A stretch of 53,243 bases of DNA, counting the filler, from Bipalium vagum (Eukaryota), in assembly GCA_037834085.1 (NCBI GenBank). It is 3 parts of 3 records of this genome, joined end to end, with 100 filler letters (N's around TTAATTAATTAA, not from the genome) between each part and the next. Parts side by side here need not be neighbours in the genome. Positions count along the whole stretch, not along the records: positions 17,901 to 36,200 come from JBBMKC010033647.1; positions 36,301 to 53,243 come from JBBMKC010084975.1; 1 more part is not named here. One strand, 5' to 3'. Shown one piece after another: positions 24,426 to 38,029 of the stretch. Every line of letters starts with the position of its first letter. Positions within the stretch are counted from its first letter, which is position 1. The translations under genes and the position numbers were made by a program. The notes under the pieces were generated by a model. That model was not told the DNA's origin. It made no database searches and saw only the letters and a program-made list of their open reading frames with translations.

Positions 24426-26769
24426 AAAATTCTTCTTCATCATCATTATCATTATTTGAATTTTAAGAAAATAAAATTAATTTTGAAAATATATATTAAC
24501 AATAAATGTAATTCTTTTGAATAAAGAAAGTTAGGAATTTGTACAAGAAGGTAGAACCAAAATTTCAAATGAAATCTACTCAAGATACAATTATTATTTT
24601 TATTATATAAGTTATTAAATATAAAAATTTGAACTCTCAATTTAAAATCTTTGTACTATAAAATTGAAATATATAACATATGAGAATTTTTATTTAAAAT
24701 CTGGATATATATTCTTGTAGCGACCAACTTATATCCTAAATAATTCATAATTTCACTTCATAAATTTACACAGACCCATGCATTTTCAATCGAGTTCACA
24801 CCTGGGATGGTACTAGGACATAAATATATATTTAGGACGTTTTGTTGTAAAAATAAGTACGTAGTTATGATGAAATGTTTAAAACTTCTTTAAATTTGTC
24901 CTCCAGTTATTAGTAAAAAGGTAAAGAGAGCACCAGAACTTTTTGAAAAGTATTTAATAAACCTTTAGATTTAACTAGTCGCATTTTCTTCAGCTTTGAA
25001 TAGCAGTGTTGATGATATCCAGGATGTTTAACTGTCATCAAGATCAAGGATTCTCAATGATTAACCATCAAAGGATCTCAAATTAAATCGTTTTACATTT
25101 AAAATCAGTAACTTTACATTGTGTGATCTTTTTATAATTGTTTTACAATGATTCTGCATTGTCTAAATAATGATAGTGTACATTGTTATGTATATAATCA
25201 ATTCTTTTTTATATCCTTGAAAAATATAAGCGCAGGACAATTATATAAAAAGTATATAAAAAAATAAAATAAAGAAATACAGGAATAAGTTAAGGGAATG
25301 AATATTAATATCAATATATAAAAAAATAGATGTTATATTTCTAAAAAGAAATAAAATTCCGCACAAGGTTTTGAACGAAGTGTGATTATCATTGAGTGAT
25401 TAACTATAATATGAGATCTAATGTAATATGTATAATATATAGAAAATTTAGCATATACATTTTGATAACAGGCATTGTAGACTAACAAATTATAAGGCAA
25501 TTATTTCCTAATTTTCTAGGTACATTTTATGATGATCAGTGGAATGATTATTTCAAAGCGTTTCAGAAAAGTTTTGTTGTGAAAATCAGCCGAAGTATTC
25601 AACTTCAAACAAAAAATTATTCTTATCAAAATACTGCAGAAAAATAACTGAAGATTTTATTCAGAAGATAAACCAAAAATGGTATACAACATTCAGTAGA
25701 AAGAAGAAATTGAGTAAACATTAAGAGTTATGACCAGTAAAGAAAATAGAGTCAAAAACAACTTAAAATTTTATTATCTTCAGTTGTAGTGACTTCGTTA
25801 TATGGAGACTTCATAGATAATTAAATTTTATAGCACTGTTAATGTCTAGGAAAAAGTTCGAATGTAGCTTATCATTTCTGAATTGATAATGGTCATTAAT
25901 TTCTATTTCTAAATACATTTACATTCATTATTTATATAAATAACTTTCAAACTGATAACTAGATAGTATAATAAATGATAAGAAAGGAGTTGAAAAGGGA
26001 AAGTCATTCAACTTAACTTCAAAAGTATTATGTAATTATAAAAATTTCACATATATTATAAAGGGAGTTTAGTGGAGTAGTAAATAAAATATTTAATATT
26101 TGAACTTAAATTGTGTAATTTTATATAATGATCATTATATAAAGTGTAATTTAATTTATTATTGTTGATTAAACGTGTTTTAATGATCTTAATAAATATT
26201 AATATAAAAAAAATAAATAAAGGTTATCATTATAATAAGAATTATAACATTAATACAAAAAAAGTTTAAGGCATTTATTATTTTAAATTTTTTTTGATGA
26301 AATTTATATTTATAACAGTAAAATAGTTTTTCAATTGAATTAAAAAAAGACAATATAAAATTTTTGAGATGTCAAAGATTTTTTTCTGTGAAATTAATTA
26401 TTACTTTTATAAATATTAATAAGATTTAAAAATTTCAGTTGTATTTATAATTTTTAAAAAAATTTTTTGAATTTTATTTTATAATGATTCCGATAATGTA
26501 ATGCTTAGTACCATTGTGTGATGGTGGAATCTATTATTATCCAGATTTAACTTTTTTAGAGAAGTAATTTTGGGAACAATTACAATGTTCTATTACTATG
26601 TATTTGCAAAACATTGAATTTCTTTAAATATTTGTGAAAATAAAAGGTGTTGGCGGAATTTTCTACCAAAATTAGAATATAATCCTTATGTGTAGCGGTC
26701 ACACTTCTGCGTGTATTATAATGTATATTTTTATTTTGATGGTATCTTAAAATATATTAATCGAAACTG

Positions 26770-27170
26770 ATTCAAATGCACCAAAGAAAATCAAGATGGT
26801 TTTATCAGAAAGTTATGGCATCTCTATTTTGGGACCCCAAAGAAATTTTATTTTTTAACTTAAGAAAAAAACAACTCACATTATTATGTTGACCACCTTT
26901 TTGATCACTTGAATGACAAAATTTTGAAAAACGACCAGGTTTGCAGAAGAAAAATCCTTTTTCTGCAAGAAAATGCATCCGCTTACAAAAGCTTTTTAAC
27001 CATGAAAAAATTAATTGAATTGAAGTGACCACATATTTTGTGTGCCAGATTTAGCTTCACCAGACTTTTTCTTTTATTAAACCTGAAAGCGTTTTTATGA
27101 CAATTAAAATGCAATTGATGATAGGTGTTTTATAAGCTTTGATGAAAGTCATTACAACCAAGGTTGTTAG
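26770..27170 (+). mobile_element. Mariner transposase remnant
   Basis: KVMASLFWD, KRPGLQKK, FLQENASAYK (HDNA-like) and PDLASPDFF in shifting frames. Confidence 0.75.
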
Positions 27171-28443
27171 AAATCACATTTTTACTTGTTTGTTCTCATC
27201 ATTCAAAAACAATTCTAAAAATTATTCTAAATTCTTAGTTTTTAATTTAAAATTTGTTAGCATGTTACGTTAAAAAATTATCAATTAATTTTGTTTCCTT
27301 AACTCAGTAGATTTGAGGAGTAAGAATTTATTAAGTGAAAGAATAATATATCCAATGCAACTTATTGAATCAGACATAACACAATCTTTCGTGCAACTGC
27401 TTACCCATAAAAAACAAATGAATATTTAAAGAAATATGATAATCTATCTTTGATATATGGATATTTATATGTATTTGAAATAAAATTAATATGTTCCACT
27501 AATATGAAGACGAATGTGTCCGGTTTAACGGTGAGGTTTCCATGTTGATGTTAGTCCTTCCGATTAGCTGATTAAAACTAGATATAGTAAAATTGTGGTT
27601 TATAATTTGGTTATTATATATAAAATATATTTCCCGCTATAAAAGTATTTTACACGAAATATGAAAACATTATTAAAAAGGCTGATTTTTTGGGTCCCGT
27701 ACATATGTATATTTATAATTATAAATGCTCCTACTTTAATTTTCACTATTTATTTACATAAGATCTCCTATATATATTAAGTTGAGTTTTAAAATATTGT
27801 AAAAAGTTAAAGAAGTTATATATAATTCTTCCTTCTAAATATTAATATAATGATAAGCTACATTTTGAAAAATACCTGTTTTAATTGTAATATTAGAATA
27901 TATACATTTATATAATATTACCACGATTAATTACTAATCTAAATGTGCTCAGAATAAAATTTTAATATATTTTTTATAGGATTTAGATTTTTTAAAAAAT
28001 TAAAATTATTTAGGTTTATTACAATTTCTCACATCATTATATTTATAATATGAATAAATTAGTTCTTATCGAATGAGGTATTTTGCGAAAGTGCCATGGA
28101 CAATGACAAGGAAAACAAAAAATTAGTTTATTTAAGAAATACTAATTAAGTTTAATGTTTTAATATTATTTTTGTCTTCGTTTAGGAACAACGTCTATTT
28201 TTTATAAATGCAAAATAAAAAAAATTATAAAAATAAAATAATATTGTACAAGAAAAAACATACATGAAAATCCTTAAGAAGAAGATTAATTAAATTTAAT
28301 TTTTTTATTCTGTTTAGTCTTTTTTAGAAAATTAAAGAGTATTTTTAATACTGGTGTTTATATAATGAATTTTATGTAATCAAAATGATCTTCCATTGAA
28401 TTATGAGGAGGGTGCATTAATTATGTTCTAAAATTAAAATAAG

Positions 28444-29003
28444 GGATCCATTAAAAATGACGGCGTATGTACTCGTCACATTTAATTGAATCATACCTTA
28501 CGGCGTGATATCTTATATTATTTTTATATTTATTTTATACACATTTAAGGTTAAATTTTAATATATATTTATGGATTTATTATTTAAATATATTTATTAG
28601 ATATAGATTACGATTTCTGCGATACATTGGGCCGTTTTTCTTGTTTGGAAACGAATCAATGGCTTATACAACATAATCTGATCTGCAACATCAGTGATTA
28701 TTATATTAGAAACCCAGTTAAACTGGGAGAGCCGAACGTCATAGTACAGGTGGAGGAGACTAAACTGAATCTTAACGTCAAATCTCATCGAGGACGTGAT
28801 CCCATAAGTCCAGTATGATGTTTGTGTATTATATGTGTATTAGAAAATTGAATTAGATGATTAAATAAAAATTTCTGTCGTACTTAATTTTTGTTTGGAT
28901 TTTTTATCATTTGAATTTGTATATCTGAATATATCTGCTAATATTTTAATATGCCGTCAAATTTAATTGAGTCATATCTTACGCCGTGATATTTACTAGA
29001 TCC
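28444..29003 (+). mobile_element. Internally deleted Merlin element (560 bp)
   Basis: TIRs GGATCCATTAAAAATGACGGCGTA / TACGCCGTGATATTTACTAGATCC. TSD AAAATAAG vs AAAACAAG (7/8 match). Transposase fragment LGEPNVIVQVEETKLNLNVKSHRGR. Confidence 0.85.
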
Positions 29004-29199
29004 AAAACAAGCAATAACGTTAGTTACATTTGTAATAAAGTCAGAATAAAAATTTTCTTTTAAATATGTGAATATATAATGTAAGTTTATATAGGTTTAT
29101 AATGCTATTTGTTTAAATAAACGATTTCAGAAAGCACAATAAATGAATAGATTAAAATTATATTTCAGACATGTAATAATGTTTTAATTCGCATCAAAT

Positions 29200-29825
29200 T
29201 CTTGAGGAAACATATGCTGAAGAGGCTCCATCGTTATTAAATGGGTGTTAAAAAATTGATATATTTTTATAACCGTGAAAAAAAGAAATTATAGACTGAT
29301 CCAGGACATTACGCTTTATATTTGGTAGGATATGGAAGGTGTCGTGAACCATGAAAATTTGAAATCGAAGGAAGCATTTACGGAGAATGATATCAAGATC
29401 AACTAAAAACTTTAAATGATGAATTTGTTTAAATAACACCTGCAATTGCAGCAATCACCGCAGTCATTTTTTTGCATAAAAATGCAAGATCACATCTTTC
29501 ATCAATCTAACACTATTTGACTTCTAATGGGGTACCCAGAGTACTCTACAAACATTGCTCCAACACTTTCCATTTTTTCATGTAAACGGCACATCCTCTG
29601 GAAGATCTGCAATTCAATTCGAATGCAGATGTTACAAATAGAATGTCTAATTGATAAATTTTCAAGAAAACTATTTTTTCACCTCAGAATATCCAGGTTG
29701 TCAGATTTATGGGAGAAAATCATTTGATAAATTGAAAATACTTTGATTGATTTTAATGTCTGTTTGTCATAGAACAAATATTAAAAGTTGTTTAAAAAGT
29801 CAAAAATGAATGCAGCATTCTAATA
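29200..29825 (+). mobile_element. Mariner remnant (3' half)
   Basis: LYIW*DMEGVVNHE, VIFLHKNARSH, PEYSTNIAPT and SDLWEKII, ending in a TIR-like ...GCAGCATTCTAATA. Confidence 0.7.
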
Positions 29826-31299
29826 ATTCATTGTTTCCAACCTAAAATAAATTTAGAGATGCAAATCTCATAAAATATTATATTGAAATATGCAACGAAT
29901 TCCAGGAAGTGTTTACACATAATCGTTTGCATATGAAATTATCGGATATTCGGAAAATCGTGATCAGTAAAAGAGAGACAAATGTTTCTCACTTAAAGAT
30001 GCTTAATGAATTAATTGTTATGAAACCTTACTACATTTATCATATTTTCCAGACATGGATATAATGAACTAAAGGCTTCAACGAAAAAGTAAAGCCTTTC
30101 AACATATTACGTTTATCCACCAATGCATCTGTTCAAACAATCTTAACTGAATCTCGAGATTCCAGGAGCCAAGAATTAAATGAAATAGAAAGAAAAATCT
30201 AGAACCATGATGGCAAAAGTTCATCAATATTTTTCAATTAATATATTTTGGTTTTTTTAATGAAGCAAGGTTTCTGGATTTTCATTAGAAGATTAATAAG
30301 GAAATTTTTGATTAATTTTTTTAATGTTAACAAATATTAACAAAAAATGGTCAATTATTGTAAAAAATAAAAATTTTCAATTTAGTGTTAAATTAATGTT
30401 GTAATCAAGAAATATTAGTTAATTATGAAGGAAAAATAATAATTCCTTTATTAATTTATAGGTTAATACACAAAATAGACGAAAAATCTGTTTAATTAAT
30501 CAATTAAAACAATATTTTTTTGAGTATACATGATTTTCGGAAGCGAATTATCTATTATAATAAAATAGCAGGACAAATCAAAGATTTACTAAACTAATGC
30601 TTTCGAAAATATGTAGAATATTGACATCGTGTTGGCGATGAATCCAAAAATCTTACGATTATAATTAATAATTATTAATAATTAAAGTTAGCATAATTTA
30701 AAATAAATTAAGAACTTGATAAATAATTAATTGATTGAGTAAACATATTAATGACTCTAAATTGTTTTACCTATTTTCGCTTGGGATCAAAGGATCCTAT
30801 TTCAAAATCTTCCTGGTTTATTGAAGAAGAATAAACTAAATTTGTATTTGTTTCTTAAATAAATCTAAAATTAATTTTATTTTAAATAAATTTAATTAAT
30901 GGAATACTTGTCGTTCTGGTGGACGATCTTTCACCATCCGCTTAGAAGCTGCTTAAGTCCAACATTTTAAAATGTCTGAAATGTCTAGCTTAACATCTGA
31001 TGACTTTTAAACATTTCCAATTAAAAAAATTTTTATTAGTTAATTCTATTTATTAGGTTGTTAAATTAGAAATTTCGTAAACATTATTTTTGTTTTTTCA
31101 TTTATAATAATATTCTAGCTATTGTTTTAATATTCATTTTGAAGGGCTCTCTCTGACGAATCTTTTGTTATAGGATGTCAATATTTAATCGATTTTTAAA
31201 GTATAATAAATATTTTAGTATGATTGACCAAAAATATCCTATAGGGCTGTGTCTACTATATAACTATAGACAAGGAAAAATGTAAAAGAATCTTATAGC

Positions 31300-32256
31300 A
31301 TCTTATGCCAAGTATTCAGTAAGAATTTTCCAATTTTACGTCAGTGTCAAAGGTGATACCAATGTTTTCGTCAAGCTGATGAAAGGCTTAAAAAGATGGA
31401 ACATGGGATACATCTGGAAGTCATCAATAATTAGGAATTGAAGGGAGCTATTTAATCGTAGCCAACGCAAACTGGTCATCAGCTGACAGAAAGACTTGGT
31501 TGTCATTATTTTACCACTAAATTGCACTTGTATTTGATTGGAAAGAATAACCGGTGAGGAAAATGGGTGCCACAATAGTTCAGCAATGCAAACAAGACTG
31601 TATGAGTCACCATGACCGGAATTCTTCTCTGCAGTATCAAAAATACCAGATTTTTTGAATTAGTGATTAAAAAAAAAGTGGATAAAAAGTGGATCTCATG
31701 GATACAAGATTAAAAAGCGGCAATGGTTGAGCTTAGATGAGCTCCCGAAAATAACTTTTAATGCTTTTTTATGGTAAAGAGAGCTTGCTTTGCGTTTGGT
31801 GGAACACTAGTGGATTGGTCTACTTAAAGGTACTGGAATCGGCGATACGATCAATTTGTATCTATTAATTAAGCCGCCAGAATATGAGTAAAACGATAAA
31901 AAATTTCTATATGATAACACTCAGATGCACGTTTCAAAAATTACCCAGAAAAAAGGAATTGAGGTTGGAAGTTCTGTCTCACTCCCCATATTGCTCAGAC
32001 ATATAGCAACATCCGATTATAATAGGTTCTGATTTATTAAGAGACAAATAGTCTCAAAACTGAGATGAAATCAAAAATTTTGTTTCCAATTTCTCAAGTC
32101 ACAACTAGCCAAATTCTTCGAGAAAGATATCCTTTCATTGCGTGGACTTTGGCGACAGATAATTGATACTGGTGGAGAATACCTAATATGTATTAATCTT
32201 GTTTTTATAAATGTTCTAGTTAAAGTAAACCGATATTTCCAATTCAACAGCCTGTA
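31300..32256 (+). mobile_element. Decayed mariner transposon
   Basis: GKWVPQ, CVWWNTSG, LYDNTQMH and HSPYCSDI..SDY, with a right TIR-like end ...CAACAGCCTGTA. Left boundary approximate. Confidence 0.78.
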
Positions 32257-32606
32257 AAACAAATGGAAGTCTGATGATAAAAAATTAGAGAGCAAGGCGG
32301 AGCTGTTTAAGCATACTAAACTAGTTGTAAACGTTAAACCATAACAGTTTTAACCATATACGGTGTGATTATCTTGTAAAAAGATCTTAATTGTATTTAT
32401 CTAGCATGTAAATTTGTTTTGACATAAAATTTTTTATTGCTCATGTATTTGTATTTTTGATTCCAAATGTAATCTGTGCAGATTTTAAATTTATTTTTAT
32501 TTTCGAACTATTACTTTAAAACATCTGACATTAATTATGATTATTTTGTAACGGTAGCCGGTTCATAATATTATTTTTTTTGATGATTTTATTATTTGTA
32601 ATCTGT

Positions 32607-33165
32607 TATGAGGGTTGTCTTTTAATTTTTGCAAAGAGACATAAAAATAAGGTAAAAAGACTGAAAATGGTTTATTGCAATGAGATCTTTGAAATGCCAA
32701 ACGAGAACTCCATCTCACGACATGTTGCATGTCGATCTTCCATGATGAGCTGACTTACTATATCGATTTTTTTGGGTAACTGCTATTCTTGGGACACCAG
32801 GTTTCCGCTGATCAGTCAGACAAGGGCTTCCACGTTGGAAATTGCGGTATCAGCGGAGAATTGTGGACAGATTTGATGCTTCATCCCCAAGAAGAGATCT
32901 CATTTCAGATCGACATTGTTCCAGAGATAATCCTCTTCAAAAATTGTACAGGATTATTGCTCGTACATTTTCTCGTGAATTCAAATTTTTTCACTGATTA
33001 CATTTTTGAAATAGTCGCTGTAAACAAAGATAAAACAAATTAAATCAAAGATTAAACAAAATTCAAAATTCTTAGGATCTATATATAGACGTTTGTTTTA
33101 CATAATAATATTTTATTGTAGGCTTGTATGCATCAATATGCAAAACTTAAAAGACTGTCCTTATA
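32607..33165 (-). mobile_element. Internally deleted mariner (non-autonomous, ~560 bp)
   Basis: TIR pair TATGAGGGTTGTCTTTTAATTTTT / AAAACTTAAAAGACTGTCCTTATA. Retains only the N-terminal DNA-binding region (...IVSQLIMEDRHATCREMEFSFGIS). Confidence 0.8.
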
Positions 33166-35445
33166 CTAAAATGAATACAACAAAATTTTAGAGTGAACAG
33201 AAGACCTATTTTTTATGCAGAAAACATCCAAATTAAATAAAACAAGATCAAGATAAAACTAAATCTTAAATTAAGGTCATTTGGAAAAATAGGTAAAAAT
33301 TTATGATAATTAAATATGTTAATATTTAGTGAATTGTCTTATTTCTCATTAGTTAAATTTTACCTTACCATGTATAACCTATGGCATACTGGGTGATATT
33401 GAAAGAATAGGGCGGATAATGCTATTGTGTATGTCATGATCAGTAAGTGTAATCATTTAAGGGTTTAGTTTAGAACATTAAAAGTGGTATGGAACAAATG
33501 TAACAATAATTTAGAGTGAATTTTGAATTTGTACGATCAATCAAAATCTTAAAATTGCAAGTAATAGCTGAAGTCTCTATCATTATCAAAAGGGTTATTT
33601 TTTCTAGGTTTCATATTTCTTGAATAATTTTTCTCATTCATTTTAAGGCATGAAAAATTATCAGAAAATTTTGAAATTTACAGAGTCAAAATATTTAATC
33701 TAACAATGTTAATTGATAAAAATAAGAGTCGATAGAGATTCTCAAGTCACCTAGACCAAAACAATTCCGAATAAATTAAAGAAAATTTTTAAAAACTAAT
33801 CTGAATTAATTAAATGTTTTAGATGAATTAGATGATGTTTCAAAACATTTCTAAAATTTCAAAAATTCATTGATTAGCAAAATTTATACCCAATTTTTTT
33901 ATTTTGATTTAACATAACAAGAAAACCAAAGGCAAAAATGCTTAACAAAAAAGATTCTCATTTTAATATTATTTATATTTTGAAATTAAAGAAAAAATTA
34001 AATTAATGGAATGTGAATTAAAATTGACATTAACATTAATTGAAAAATAAAATATAAAAAACAGTGAAAAATAATTTTTTTTTTATTTAATTCATTCAGA
34101 ATTATATGAAAATTGTTTTATTTAAGCTTTTTTGATATATGTTACATTCCACAATTAGGAAATTTCAAGCATAATAATAATAATATTATTATTATTAATT
34201 AAATATTGTGAATTTATTTTTCACAATTTATAAAATTATATTTTGACAAATACTTTTGATTTGTATTCACAATCTTTTATGAAAGTATTGTTAAAATAAT
34301 GATTATTAATAAATAAAATTGAATCATATTTCAAACGAAATGTGAAAAATTATCAATTTTATTTCTGTAAAATTGATAAAAACAATTTGATAAGAACAAT
34401 TTGTTTAATTGTTGATTTTGTTGATTTCATGGGTAGCAAAGAGACAGTGGTGTTCTACTACAATAATGTAATTTCTGAAATTAAAATTTTTAAAAGAGAA
34501 ATTAAAAAATAAGTTATATTTTTGAAGTTGCTTTTAAAATTTAATATATTACCTAAAAATTACATGTATTATAATATTTGAAAATAAAAAATCCTTTGTT
34601 TAAAAAGACTAAGACTAAAAAATAATTACAATAATGATTTTGAATTTCTGGAGTCAAGTAGGACTCAAGAAGGATGTATTTTTTGTGACCGATAAGAATA
34701 TCAGAACAGAATATCTGGAACTGACAATTAAAAGTTATTAAAATTTTAAATCAACCTAAAAATCATAATAGATAATAATAATAATAAAAATGGCGACATT
34801 ATCACAGGGGTTACGAAAAGAAAGAGAAAAATATTAGCTAACTGTCACTGTGAAATAAGAGGAAGCAGGAGAAATGAATTCAGTAATAATTGTTGTTGCA
34901 AAAATACAAAATTTGAAAAATGAAATGGCAACTATAAAATGTGAATGAAATAAAAAAAATAGTTAAAGAGTAAAATATTTCTTGATGGGCTTAAAAATTT
35001 CGGAATTATTTTTCAAAGATATTACTTTTACTTCATCATAATTATAAATCATTTAATCCTTTGTATAAAATCTAATCTTCAATTTTAATTTTCATTTCAA
35101 ACCTTCAAAGCTTCTCATTATCAATTTTCTGAACGTCACCGAAGCTCAAACGACGTTGCATAATAAAAAAATAATTACAAAAATAAAATTTTCAGAACAA
35201 AAATTTTTTATATTTATATATATATATTTTTATAAATATTTATTCCTATTATTTTTTAAGATCCAATCATTCAAAACAAATTCTTTACAAATGTAACATC
35301 AATATCTACAGTGGTATATATATAAATTATTTCCGAATCACAAATACACAAAGCATTTTATTTATCCTAATTACATCAAATTATTTATTTATTTATTTTC
35401 TTGTTCTTTAGAACATTTCAATAAAAATGTTTTAAATGAGATCTT

Positions 35446-35817
35446 CTAGTACATTATTGGATCAAACAGCTTCTTCATAAATTGATTTTTCTTATACATA
35501 ATCGGGTCGAATTGTCTTTTTTTGTACATTATCGGATCGAATTGCCTTTTATTTATCAGATAAGGATTATCGATAAGAGTTTTAAGCCAGTAGTTCATTT
35601 TATTTCTTTTATACATTATTGGATCGAACTGCCGTTTTGCTGATCGAATCATATTATATAAATTCTTATTATTGTACTTTAATAAGTCATCTAACAGTTC
35701 ATCATTTAAGCTTTTACTCTGAAATGAAATAAAAATTATGCATTTTTCATCTTATAATCTTACTAGCAATGTCCCATTTAGGAATGTAAAAATTAAACAA
35801 AATACATAAATGTTCAT
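35446..35817 (-). CDS. Neuropeptide prohormone (secreted peptide precursor), 108 aa, encoding QFDPIMY x3 and LFDPIMY
   Basis: Exon 1 (35817-35764) encodes the signal peptide MNIYVFCLIFTFLNGTLL. A 45-bp GT-AG intron spans 35763-35719. Exon 2 (35718-35446) has repeats bounded by KR/KK/KKR sites. From memory it resembles the planarian FDPI-type SPP-15/16 prohormones; this is not verified. Confidence 0.93.
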
Positions 35818-36089
35818 TTTATTTAATTAATTTTTAAACATCTCTTCTGACATTTATATAAAGATTATATTGTTTTCATTGGATATCCAATAAAAAAACA
35901 AAATATTTTAAATAACAAGACTCCAACCCCCATGTTTATTCATCCGACATGTTAATAATGAGAGAGTATAAAAAATAAATATAATATAAAATAATAATCT
36001 AGAAATTCTTGATATATTAACAAATTTAGTTAAGTTTCAAGTTCATGTGACAATTCATGATGTTAGCTCAACCTTCTATAGGAGGGATA

Positions 36090-36200
36090 TACAGGGTGTT
36101 TCATAAGTAACTGACTATTTTATTTTTTTAAATATCTTTTTATAAAAATGTAAGGCATCTAGAGGAGGCCATTTAGAAAATATTATTTTCCATGCGTAAA
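36090..36200. mobile_element. Tc1/mariner-superfamily element end truncated by the gap
   Basis: TA-CAGGGTGTTTCATAAG, a CAGGGTG-type TIR start. Confidence 0.5.
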
Positions 36201-36300
36201 NNNNNNNNNNNNNNNNNNNNNNNNNNNNNNNNNNNNNNNNNNNNTTAATTAATTAANNNNNNNNNNNNNNNNNNNNNNNNNNNNNNNNNNNNNNNNNNNN
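36201..36300. other. Assembly gap with artificial linker
   Basis: 44 N + TTAATTAATTAA (36245-36256) + 44 N, identical to the first gap. Confidence 0.97.
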
Positions 36301-36365
<65 letters not shown>

Positions 36366-36375
36366 CATAATAATA
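36301..36375. repeat. (AAT)n microsatellite at contig end
   Basis: Near-perfect ATA run abutting the gap. Confidence 0.95.
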
Positions 36376-36689
36376 TAGGTTGCACGAAGTCCTTAGCCTA
36401 GAAATAAGACTGTGAAAATGCATCACAAACACATTTCTTAATCAAAAATGTCCTGACAGTGTATATACTTAGTCCAAAGCTTCTCTATTAATTCAATGGA
36501 GACTCTCTAATGTACATTTCCGGAAACCATAACCACTATGTAGATCATTCACAATCAATTTACTACCAGATTTGAATGCATCAAAGCAAATTATCACTGT
36601 AACATGACGAATTTTTTTCCTCTTAATTCTCGTTTAAAAATGTACCGAAATATCCAATTTAATGATTTTTCAATTTATAGATTTATTGG

Positions 36690-37804
36690 AAATTGTCAAA
36701 TACAGCTTCAAGGAGTCTTCTGAAAAGCTTACAAGCCGCGATCAAATGGTTTTTGTTCATATTTATCATAGCAGAACTTATAGAAGCCCGTAATGAATCT
36801 TTGGTATTATGAGGATGTTAGTTTGTCTTCTTCTGTACGACCCCCCAATCGGATGAGCTAGGCGGCCATAACTTTGGAGTGACATGGTCTTTAAAATTTA
36901 GCAATAGCGATTTTTGTCGACCAATGCTGTATGGCAGGGAGCTGGGTCTTGTTGGAACACATAAGACTTTCCGTGGGCAACTTTTTCAATCCAGGGCTTC
37001 ACATATGTATCCAGACACTCGATATAAAGATATGCATTAATTCTAAGTCCGTGTGGAAAGAAATGCGGAGGCATAACATGACCTTCGTTGCTCACAACAC
37101 TCAATATCATTAAAGATGATGGAGACTTGGTGTACATGAATTAGGGACTTCAGCACCACTGGAGCACAGCCATCGATCGTTCCTCCTATTAACCTTTTGA
37201 TCTTGAGTATAAAGTTTTTCATCAGAAAAGAACCATAGCATGTTTGGATGACCTGGATGCTTGATTTTGTTTAAAAGCGGATTAAACGATTTTCTTTGCT
37301 TTTTGCCGATACAAAATGTCTTCTTCTCATGACGTAGGACTTGCATTTTAAGTCAGTGTGTACCGTTCGTCTTACTGTTGACTCAGAAAACGATAGTCGA
37401 TGGGCATTTTCTCTCATTGATGTTCCGAAACTTTCATGAACAACAAACTAGACAAAATTAACATTTCTGACAATGTCTGAACGTGAGGAATGTGTTTTTC
37501 TTTTAGATATAGAGGAAAAATTTCGATCAGATACCAAACATTGCTTTCTAATTTTTTTGACAAACGATCTAGCCACATTAAGAAATTTGGAAATTTCTAA
37601 GTCATTGTGTCCGGTGGATAATCCAATAACTGCACGCCTTTTCATTTTTTGTGTTAATTCAAAAGTTATCTCTTCCATTTCTAAATTAAAAAATAATTAT
37701 TTAATGTTATATCAATAAATATTGCAAATCAATTTTAGCGCCACTAAAAAATTATCATAATATATTTTAACAATTTTGTCCTCAAATAGATGACGCACCC
37801 TGTA
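36690..37804 (-). mobile_element. maT/DD37D (Bmmar1-like) transposon, decayed
   Basis: HTH ORF 37448-37678, WFFSDEKLYTQDQKVNRRNDRWL and YVFQQDPAPCHTA. 5' TIR TA-CAGGGTGCGTC on the minus strand at 37804. 3' boundary approximate. Confidence 0.88.
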
Positions 37805-38029
37805 TTTTAATGATATTAACCTGTTTTACTTTTGGGATTATCCCCTTGGTTTTTAGGAAATTCATGATATTTAGGTTATTGAGATAACAGGGGTCTTTTT
37901 TATATAGGGTTATTTCAACATTTCCTTTTGAAATCACTTGAATATGACATTTAATTGCTTTTAAGAGTATTGTCAAACGTTATCAAAATTGTAAAAGAAT
38001 CAGTTCTTTACTATTGAATAATGATGGAT

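Noticed and set aside
30978-31017. Hammerhead-ribozyme-like arrangement GAAATGT-C ... CTGATGA ... ACATTTC
   Set aside because: The stem III and CUGAUGA box are present, but there is no GAAA box, stem II or stem I. It is chance or too decayed to support.
34420-34940. Possible small minus-strand exons (FQIFCSDILIGHKKYILLESYLTPEIQNHY; KLHYCSRTPLSLCYP-stop) after AG acceptors
   Set aside because: No recognisable homology, start or consistent phase chain. RNA-seq would be needed.
35446-35640. Regularly spaced ~25-30 bp repeats suggestive of a CRISPR-like array
   Set aside because: The repeats are peptide-coding copies with synonymous variation in a eukaryotic prohormone exon.
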